Shown here in pieces: positions 25,867 to 32,000 of a stretch of 32,000 nt of DNA. The translations under genes and the position numbers were made by a program. The stretch is taken from assembly GCF_000195755.1 (NCBI RefSeq), contig NC_002937.3:1440001-1472000 (forward strand), given 5' to 3'. The notes beneath the pieces were generated by a model. The model did no database searches, was not told the DNA's origin, and saw only the letters and a program-made list of their open reading frames with translations. Origin of the DNA: Nitratidesulfovibrio vulgaris str. Hildenborough (GTDB taxonomy: Bacteria; Desulfobacterota; Desulfovibrionia; Desulfovibrionales; Desulfovibrionaceae). Within the stretch, counting starts at the first letter, position 1. Every line of letters begins with the position of its first letter.

Positions 25867-26086
25867 GTCGTAGGGTCAATCAAGCGGCACGAAGGTCGTG
25901 CCAGAGGCTGCATGGAGTGGGAAAGGGCCTCTTTCGGTTTGCCGGGAGAATCCAGAGGCAACGTCTCGTGCCCCATACGCGGACGGCCCGTCCGCTTGGA
26001 GATGCCCGGCAGCAGGGTCATGCGTCTGCATTCATTCCTGTGCCCTGTGAAGGCGGCCCGTCGACCGAAAGGTCGCTCGCTCCCTG

Positions 26087-26626
26087 CTAGCCCCCCTTGT
26101 TCAGGAGAAAGCCCTTGGTCGAGGGGCCGGTAGAGGCAGAAGTCCCGGCAATCTTGGACAGGTAGGTGTCGCCGAGCGTTCTGATGTGACCGCCGACATT
26201 GTCGAAGTAGTTGAAGTGGGCCTGCTCTTCATCGATGATGGTCTCGAAGAGCTTCATGCTCACGCTGTCGCCACATTCACGGCAGACGAGCAGGAACTGG
26301 TTGTAGGCATCGATGGTGTCGTCTTCGAGGTCTGCATCGAAGGGGAACACGATGCGTACTTCCTGCCCCTTGATGATGGCACCTTCGGGGTCGGTGGTGG
26401 GTTCGCCGCCCAGTTCCTTGATGCGTTCGGCGAACATTTCCGCGTGGCGCATCTCGTCAATGGCGATGAGCTTCACGTTGGCGGCAAGTTCTCCGTAGTC
26501 CATGCTATCGAGACCGTAGTGCTGGTTCATGTACTGTGTGATGGCGTAAAGCTCCATGGCACGTGCCTTGTTCAGCACTTCGATGACTTTCGCCTTGCGC
26601 TGTTCCCTGTCAGTGGCTGTTGTCAT
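26087..26626 (-). CDS. bfr: bacterioferritin
   Basis: ATG 26626 is preceded by GAGGAG. Product is MTTATDREQRKAKVIEVLNKARAMELYAITQYMNQHY...IDEMRHAEMFAERI...IIDEEQAHFNYF. It has the ferroxidase-centre E/H ligands and a Met at the expected haem-ligand region. Length is 179 aa. Confidence 0.9.
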   Translation of the reverse strand: MTTATDREQRKAKVIEVLNKARAMELYAITQYMNQHYGLDSMDYGELAANVKLIAIDEMRHAEMFAERIKELGGEPTTDPEGAIIKGQEVRIVFPFDADLEDDTIDAYNQFLLVCRECGDSVSMKLFETIIDEEQAHFNYFDNVGGHIRTLGDTYLSKIAGTSASTGPSTKGFLLNKGG

Positions 26627-26894
26627 TGGTCTGGCTCCTCTCGAACGCCCCGCCGAACGGGACAGTTTTGCCGTACCTTGAAGCACGGTGTTGCGTGAGA
26701 AATCCACTATAACCTAGTATTAAGATGGCAGGCCACGTGTCAAGCCATGCAGTGTTGAAATTGGAAAGTCAGAGTATAATTACCGAATTGTCCATGTTTC
26801 ATGGCTGTTGTGTATGGCAAGTGTGTAAAGATTCGTTTACGGTCGCCGATAGGATATCTGGGGGGCGTAGCGAACCATAACGCTAGGAGCGGTG

Positions 26895-27007
26895 ATGAAG
26901 CTATCCATCATGGCGAAACTTTTGACGATGGTCGTTGCTGTCGTCGTATTGTCAGGCGTTTCCATCTTTCTGACATCGCACTATTTCATGTCGCTTGGTT
27001 TCGATGA
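26895..27007 (+). pseudogene. 5' fragment of a methyl-accepting chemotaxis protein gene (start codon plus TM1), severed by IS insertion
   Basis: AGGAGC lies 4 nt upstream of ATG 26895. The fragment encodes MKLSIMAKLLTMVVAVVVLSGVSIFLTSHYFMSLGFD (an N-terminal TM helix). The frame then runs into the IS end and stops at 27056-27058. Confidence 0.8.
27003..27007. repeat. target-site duplication, left copy (GATGA)
   Basis: An identical 5-mer GATGA immediately flanks both IS termini (27003-27007 and 28319-28323). Confidence 0.75.
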
Positions 27008-27039
27008 TGGAGTTGCCCCCGCTAAACCGGACACCCTGC
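27008..27039. repeat. terminal inverted repeat (orfB-proximal end)
   Basis: tggagttgcccccgctaaaccggacaccctgc compared with the reverse complement of the other end, tggagtagcccccaattaggccggacctctctgcc. Of the first 13 positions, 12 are identical. A conserved ccggac block follows after a 1-nt indel. Confidence 0.75.
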
Positions 27040-27913
27040 GGTTGCTGACAGTCGGATGAATTGTCTTGGCGAGCGCATCCGTAATCCCTTGTGTGGAGCA
27101 TTTTCGTTGTAGTCTTCGAACCACTCGGAAAGGCGCTTCAGAACGCTCGGTGCGTCGGGACAGATGTTGCAGTCAACGTAATCACGCTTGAATGTCTTCA
27201 CGAATGCCTCTGCCATGCCATTGCTCTCTGGACTGCGCACCGGGGTAAAGCAGCTTCGCAGGCCTAGCCACGAGGCAAACTCCACTGTTTCCTTCGCAGT
27301 ATAACAAGATCCATTGTCTGAAAGCCATTCCACTGTATGGGACGTGTGCGCATTGCCGAATCGGCGCTCCACGCTTTCCAGCATCAGATCGCGGACCATA
27401 GAGCCTGAGATGCCCCTGGTCGTCGCAACGTAGCTGATGACTTCCCGGTCGCACGAATCGAGGACGAACGCGACACGCACGACCTCCCGGTTATCGCATG
27501 GGATCTCAAACCCATCAGAACACCATCGTGTATTGCGGTGCAGAGTAACAATCTTGCCTTCGTGCGCCTTGTCTGGACGTTTGCCGTTATGACGGGTGAG
27601 CAACAGGCCATTCATCCGCATGATGCGGTAAACGCGCTTGTGATTGACTTCAGATTGCCCTGTAGCTCTCAAATGGGCATTGAGGCACGCCTGTATCCGC
27701 CGATAGCCGTAGGTTTGCCGCTCATCAAGAATGGCACGGATGAGACGAAGCAATTCCTCATCCTGCGCCTTCACGTAACGAGGCTTTCTGGTACGATGTG
27801 GACCGTCAAGCCGCTCTGCCAAACGCGAACGGGAGACTTGCAGGGAGTCCGCTACACGCTTCATAGGGAACCGTCCTCGAATGGCAACGGCGAACGCGAG
27901 ATCAGTTTTTTTT
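27022..27913 (-). CDS. IS3-family transposase OrfB segment (DDE integrase core), expressed as an OrfAB fusion by -1 frameshift and/or from internal ATG 27864
   Basis: ...KKTDLAFAVAIRGRFPMKRVADSLQVSRSRL...YGYRRIQACLN...WCSDGFEI...WLSDNGSCYTA...PESNGMAEAFVKTFKRDYV shows the rve-domain D, D, E spacing. The frame is -1 relative to orfA. The stop at 27022 lies inside the terminal IR. Confidence 0.85.
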
Positions 27914-28259
27914 CGCGTGCAATGTCGATAGCTTCCTTCAGGATTTCGACTTCCATCGTCTTTCGGCCGAGAAGCCGTTCCAAATCCCGAATGCGCTTCT
28001 TCAAAGCCTTCGCCTCTGCCACGCTCACCACTCGGTCGTCGGCCTGAATAGCCACTTTTCCGCCATCGCTCATGAGCTTTCTCCATCGAAAGACAAGATT
28101 CGGAGCGATGCCGTATTTGCGAGCCACGAAGGAGACGCTCATTCCGGGTAAAGACGACTCTTCAACTACCCGTAGCTTCTCGGCAATGGTCCAACGACGA
28201 CGTTGAACCATGGTCACGACCTCGACCGTGGAAATCTCTTTAGCACTCTGTCTGGACAT
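27861..28259 (-). CDS. IS3-family transposase OrfA (helix-turn-helix plus leucine-zipper-like region)
   Basis: ...MVQRRRWTIAEKLRVVEESSLPGMSVSFVARKYGIAPNLVFRWRKLMSDGG...KALKKRIRDLERLLGRKTMEVEILKEA is an IS2/IS3 OrfA pattern. An alternative start is ATG 28211. The stop overlaps the orfB ATG as ATGA (27861-27864). Confidence 0.85.
   Translation of the reverse strand: MSRQSAKEISTVEVVTMVQRRRWTIAEKLRVVEESSLPGMSVSFVARKYGIAPNLVFRWRKLMSDGGKVAIQADDRVVSVAEAKALKKRIRDLERLLGRKTMEVEILKEAIDIAREKKLISRSPLPFEDGSL
27906..27913 (-). promoter_or_regulatory. programmed -1 ribosomal frameshift site (A8 run; heptamer A_AAA_AAA in the orfA frame)
   Basis: orfA codons GAA AAA AAA CTG (E K K L) occupy 27914..27903 on the minus strand. 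Slipping -1 gives AAA AAA ACT GAT CTC (K K T D L), which is exactly the orfB-frame sequence in the track ORF. Confidence 0.7.
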
Positions 28260-28283
28260 ACCTCTAGCACTACCTCTTCGGTT

Positions 28284-28318
28284 GGCAGAGAGGTCCGGCC
28301 TAATTGGGGGCTACTCCA
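28284..28318. repeat. terminal inverted repeat (orfA-proximal end)
   Basis: The plus strand ggcagagaggtccggcctaattgggggctactcca is the imperfect reverse complement of 27008-27039. Confidence 0.75.
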
Positions 28319-28323
28319 GATGA
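28319..28323. repeat. target-site duplication, right copy (GATGA)
   Basis: Identical to 27003-27007 and immediately outside the IS terminus. Confidence 0.75.
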
Positions 28324-30241
28324 AGAGGCCGTCCGTAACATCAAGGGAATGCGCAATGTCATCGAGAAGGACATTGACGATAGCATGCGCGCCTACCTTG
28401 TTTCGGCGAAGCTCTTCGGAGAAAAGCCCGAACTCGCACAGGCTGTGGTGGCGGGTGATCATGGCAAGGTCATGGCACTCGCCAAACGGTACATGCACGA
28501 TGCCGACGCCGACTTCATGACGGTGAGTGACGCCAGCCTCAAGGTCGTGGGGCGCGGGCACTCGGATAAGGCGGGGGACGACATCAGCAATCAGGCAACG
28601 GCGCGCAAGGCCCTTCAGGGACAGACATCGGTAGGCGTCGTGTCGGGAACGGTCGTTCCCTTCTCTGTGCGGGCATCTGCGCCTGTCATGCTCGACGGGC
28701 GTGTCGTCGGTTCGGTCTCCCTCGGGCGCTCCATGGTCACCGAGGCATTCGCCGATAGCATCAAGGGCTATTCCGGCGTCGAGTTCACCGTGTTCAAGGG
28801 TGACACGAGGGCCATGACCACCATCATCAAGGCTGACGGCAAGCGTGCCATCGGTACCAAGATGGACAATCCCAAGGTGCTTGAGACCGTGCTGCAGCGT
28901 GGCGCGCAGTTCCTCGCGCGCAATGCCATCCTCGGCAAGGAGTACCAGACGGCCTACTGGCCCATAAAGGATATCGACGGTGCCGTGGTCGGCATGTGGT
29001 TCATCGGCGTACCGCTGGCCTCCATTCAGGCGGCCATTGCCAAGGTAGAGCAGTCCACAGTCGGGGTGTCGCTTGGCATCATGTTCGTGATGGCTGCTGC
29101 CGCCTTCTTCTTCGCCCGGTCACTAGCCCGCCCCATCGGCATCACGACGGCCTTCGCCGGCAAGGTGGCGGCCGGTCAGATGAACGAGACCCTCGATGTG
29201 CATTCGAATGACGAGGTCGGGCAGCTTGCCGACGCCTTGCGGACGATGGTGTCCTCCCTCAAGGAGAAGATAGCCGAGGCGCAGGCCCAGTCTGAACGTG
29301 CAGCCGAAGAGACGGTGAGGGCACAGCAGGCGACCCGGGAGGCCGATGAGGCGAGGCGCGAGGCCGAGAACGCACGCAGAGAGGGGATGCTTCAGGCGGC
29401 TGACAGGCTTTCGGGCATCGTCAATGTCGTCGGTGCCGCCTCGGAACAGCTTTCGGCGCAGATAGAGCAGTCCTCACGCGGGGCCCTGTTGCAGAGTCAG
29501 CGTGCGGGCGAGACCGCCACCGCCATGGAGGAGATGAACGCCACGGTGCTCGAGGTCGCACGCAGCGCCTCCGAAGCCGCGGCAAGTTCCGACGCCACAC
29601 GAGACAAGGCCGAGGCCGGGGCGGGCATCGTCAAGTCCGTTGTCGACGGCATCGCCGGGGTACAGCGGCGTTCCGAGACCCTGCAGGAAGGCATGAACGA
29701 CCTTGGCAAGCGTGCCGAAGAGATAGGGCGAATCATGAACGTCATCTCCGACATCGCCGACCAGACCAACCTTCTCGCCCTCAATGCGGCCATTGAAGCC
29801 GCGCGGGCCGGTGACGCGGGGCGGGGTTTTGCCGTCGTCGCCGACGAGGTTCGCAAACTCGCTGAAAAGACCATGAATGCCACCAAGGAAGTCGGCGAGG
29901 CCATCGTCGGCATCCAGAAGGGCACGCACACCAACGTCGCACATGTGGGCGAGACCGTGCGCGAGATCGAAACGGCGACGAAGCACGCGCATGAGGCGGG
30001 CAACGCCCTGCATGAGATCGTCCGCCTTGCCGAGGCGGCATCCGATCAGGTGCGTTCCATCGCCACTGCGAGCGAAGAGCAGTCGGCTGCATCCGACGAG
30101 ATCAACCGTGCCATTGAAGAGGTCAACCGCATCGCATCCGAAACCAGCGACGCCATGGGGCAATCGGCTCAGGCCGTTGGTGAACTTGCGGAACAGGCGC
30201 AACAGCTGCAGTCCATCATCACGGAGATGCAGCAGGCGTAG
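28319..30241 (+). pseudogene. 3' portion of the methyl-accepting chemotaxis protein gene (Cache-type periplasmic sensor, TM2, HAMP, MA domain), separated from its start codon and TM1
   Basis: [21 protein letters not shown]...[28 protein letters not shown] is Cache-like. [19 protein letters not shown] is TM2. [39 protein letters not shown] is [42 protein letters not shown] is the MCP signalling hairpin. It is in frame with the 26895 fragment once the IS and one GATGA copy are removed. Confidence 0.85.
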
Positions 30242-30321
30242 CACAGACTGTCGCACAATGGCACTGTCGTCCTGCTGTTGCCGTTCAGCAACCGCATATC
30301 AGGACGCAGTGGTCTACGATG

Positions 30322-30362
30322 AAAAAGTCCCCGGCAGAGGATAGCCTGCCGGGGACTTTTTT
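30322..30362. terminator. bidirectional rho-independent terminator
   Basis: aaaaa-gtccccggcag [aggatagc] ctgccggggac-tttttt. It lies between the convergent MCP (+) and AEC transporter (-) genes. Confidence 0.85.
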
Positions 30363-30406
30363 CATCGCCTTCTGTCAGCGCCATGCCGTCTGGCGACACG
30401 CCTGCA

Positions 30407-31372
30407 TCACAGGAGGTGCATGTGCTGCAGGGCCGCGATGGTGAGCGGGATGGTGAGCATCGATGCGGCTGTGTTGGCGAGAATGGCCCGTGACGTCTCT
30501 CCGGTACAGGTGCCGTAGTTCTCGGCCAGCACGTACGCGATGGTGCCGGTGGGCATGCCGGAGAGGATGACGCCCATGGCCAGCCATGCCCCGTCGACGC
30601 CGAGGGCCTTGAGGCACAGAAAGGTCACTACCGGCTGTCCAAGCAGTTTCACGGCATTGACCGGTATCTGGCGCAGCAAACCCGCACCGTCACCCTTGCG
30701 ACTTACAAGCTGGTTCGCCAGCACCATGCCGATGGCGAAGAGCGCACAAGGCGATGCCGTGCCGCCAAGCATACGGAACATGCCTTCGATGGATGCAGGC
30801 AGGGGAACGCGCCCAAGGCAAACGGCAACGCCTGCCACAGTGGAGAGTAGAATGGGATTGGTAGCGAGGGAGCGCGCAAGTTTGCGGGCCAGTCCCTGTT
30901 GTTCCGTGCCGTCGGCACTGCGCCTGTACTCCTGCTGCCCGATGACCAGCATGAGCAGCGGAAGCCCGAGAATGGTGCTGATGCTGCTGGCAAGAACGGC
31001 GTCCTCGTTGCCGGGGAAGAGTGCCACCAGCACCGGAAGCCCGAGGAACGCCGTATTCGGAAAGCTGGCGAGGAGGGAGAGCATGCCGCTTTCGCCATGT
31101 CTCCGTCTGAATCCGCCGGAGAAGAGCCCGTAGACGAGCACGAACGAGGCGAACATGCCCGCCACCGTGCCGCCGATGTAGCCGATGCGTGCCAGTTCGG
31201 CCGGTTGCTTGGTGGCGATGGCGATGAAGATGAGCGCGGGCATACCGATGTTGAAGACGAACTGGTTGAGTATGGCGGCTGTGCCGTCGGGCATGATGCG
31301 CATCCGTTCGATGACCATGCCCAGAGCCACGAGGGCGAAGACAGGGAGAAGGGTATTAGCGATGGTTAACAT
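30407..31372 (-). CDS. AEC (auxin efflux carrier) family permease
   Basis: ATG 31372 is preceded by GGAGG. Product is MLTIANTLLPVFALVALGMVIERMRIMPDGTAAILNQFVFNIGMPALIF... It is polytopic, 321 aa. The track ORF start at 31513 adds 47 non-hydrophobic residues that are probably not translated. Confidence 0.8.
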   Translation of the reverse strand: MLTIANTLLPVFALVALGMVIERMRIMPDGTAAILNQFVFNIGMPALIFIAIATKQPAELARIGYIGGTVAGMFASFVLVYGLFSGGFRRRHGESGMLSLLASFPNTAFLGLPVLVALFPGNEDAVLASSISTILGLPLLMLVIGQQEYRRSADGTEQQGLARKLARSLATNPILLSTVAGVAVCLGRVPLPASIEGMFRMLGGTASPCALFAIGMVLANQLVSRKGDGAGLLRQIPVNAVKLLGQPVVTFLCLKALGVDGAWLAMGVILSGMPTGTIAYVLAENYGTCTGETSRAILANTAASMLTIPLTIAALQHMHLL

Positions 31373-31524
31373 GGTTCCTCCGGTCGCGGCGGTGGCGAGA
31401 AAGACGTCCAGCCATTGACTGGCATCGCCTGTGATGCCAGCATGGATACCGCGACGGTGGGAAGATAGGTCTGCTCCTTCCGGGTCGCAAGCTGCAAAAA
31501 CTAGGGATGTCATAAGGAAAACTT

Positions 31525-32000
31525 ATGAAGGACGGATTGCCTCCCCTGAACGCACTGGTCGCCTTCGAGGCTGCCGCCCGGCTAGGCAGCATCACGCGGG
31601 CGGCACGCGAGCTTTGTGTGACACAGGCGGCTGTGAGTCAGCAGGTGCGTCGGCTCGAAGGCCATCTCGGGCTTGCCCTGTTCGCCCGGGGCGGGCAGGG
31701 GCTGCGGCTCACCGATGAAGGGCGACGCTATCTGGACGGCATCGCAGGCCCGCTTGCCTCCATTCGCAGGGCTACGGATGCGCTCATGGCCGAAGACACG
31801 TCGGGCGTGCTCACCGTGATCGCGGCGCCGAGCTTCGCCAATCGCTGGATTGTCCCAAGATTCAACCGGTTCTATGAGCGGCATCCCGACATCGACCTGC
31901 GGATAGGCCCTGCGCCGGTCGCTCCCGAGTTGGGGCGTGGCGTTGACATCATCATCTATCACGACATCGGTGACAGGCCGGGTACCTACAGTATGCCGCT
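31525..32000 (+). CDS. LysR-family transcriptional regulator, partial (runs off the right edge)
   Basis: The track omits it because it has no in-window stop. My translation from ATG 31525 is MKDGLPPLNALVAFEAAARLGSITRAARELCVTQAAVSQQVRRLEGHLGLALFARGGQGLRLTDEGRRYL... This is the LysR (GcvA-like) HTH. It is divergent from the AEC permease gene. Confidence 0.85.
   Translation, partial: MKDGLPPLNALVAFEAAARLGSITRAARELCVTQAAVSQQVRRLEGHLGLALFARGGQGLRLTDEGRRYLDGIAGPLASIRRATDALMAEDTSGVLTVIAAPSFANRWIVPRFNRFYERHPDIDLRIGPAPVAPELGRGVDIIIYHDIGDRPGTYSMP

Larger units (their letters stand above)
27008..28318 (-). mobile_element. IS3-family insertion sequence, IS2-like group, 1311 bp, apparently intact
   Basis: It begins TGGAGT... 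and ends ...ACTCCA (TG/CA termini) with imperfect terminal inverted repeats. It carries orfA (HTH) and orfB (DDE/rve) in the 0/-1 frame arrangement with an A8 slippery run. Flanking 5-bp direct repeats are present. It is visibly A/T-richer than the surrounding DNA. Confidence 0.9.

Noticed and set aside
26549-26567. Sigma-54-like TGGCAC-N5-TTGTT on the plus strand
   Set aside because: It lies inside the bfr coding sequence in antisense orientation. It deviates from TTGCW at the -12 element, and no downstream plus-strand gene is positioned to use it.
26627-26894. Fur/PerR-type operator in the A/T-rich divergent region between bfr and the chemoreceptor gene
   Set aside because: The region is clearly promoter-like (A/T-rich, with a CACGTG palindrome and a TAATTA core), but I could not identify a convincing 19-bp Fur-box-type palindrome by eye. 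It needs a position-weight-matrix scan.
28304-30241. The track ORF start (TTG 28304) as the genuine start of the chemoreceptor
   Set aside because: That TTG lies inside the IS terminal inverted repeat, and the product would lack the first transmembrane helix. The true 5' end of the gene is the fragment at 26895..27007.

Overview
This is a high-GC chromosomal segment of the Desulfovibrio type. From memory, the gene content and order resemble Desulfovibrio vulgaris, but I cannot verify that here. Most of the window is conserved housekeeping.

Gene layout:
- A minus-strand envelope operon: rfbB, rfbD, a Gate-domain membrane protein, and lpxB, which runs off the left edge.
- cbiK and tatA.
- A long plus-strand run: a CoADR-like flavoprotein with a rhodanese domain, an 8-Cys protein, an unknown 290-aa protein, a HAD hydrolase, yggT, a DivIVA-domain protein, yggU, DUF465 and ilvBNC.
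- pyrR, an NlpC/P60 lipoprotein, a TraR/DksA zinc finger, bacterioferritin, an AEC transporter, and a LysR regulator that runs off the right edge.

Main findings:
1. A HesB/IscA-like selenoprotein gene (15600..15923, minus) has an in-frame UGA at the position of the conserved ligand Cys. The stop-delimited ORF track truncates it. It sits in a three-gene module with a Sec-less paralog and a small acidic protein.
2. A 1311-bp IS3-family (IS2-like) element (27008..28318) has inserted into a Cache/HAMP methyl-accepting chemotaxis gene. It has imperfect TG...CA inverted repeats, a 5-bp GATGA target duplication and an A8 -1 frameshift site. Removing it in silico restores the gene exactly.
3. A CoADR-rhodanese homolog lacks both expected redox cysteines. 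It is stop/start-coupled to an 8-Cys protein.
4. An MprF-type membrane protein without the synthase domain sits divergent to an aminopeptidase-like DUF2172/DUF4910 protein, in a visibly A/T-richer patch.
5. Two unusually long non-coding gaps (about 14.9-15.3 kb and 25.6-26.1 kb) contain strong hairpins.

I saw no rRNA genes, complete tRNA genes or CRISPR arrays. Many long ORFs in the track are antisense or out-of-frame artefacts of the high GC content.
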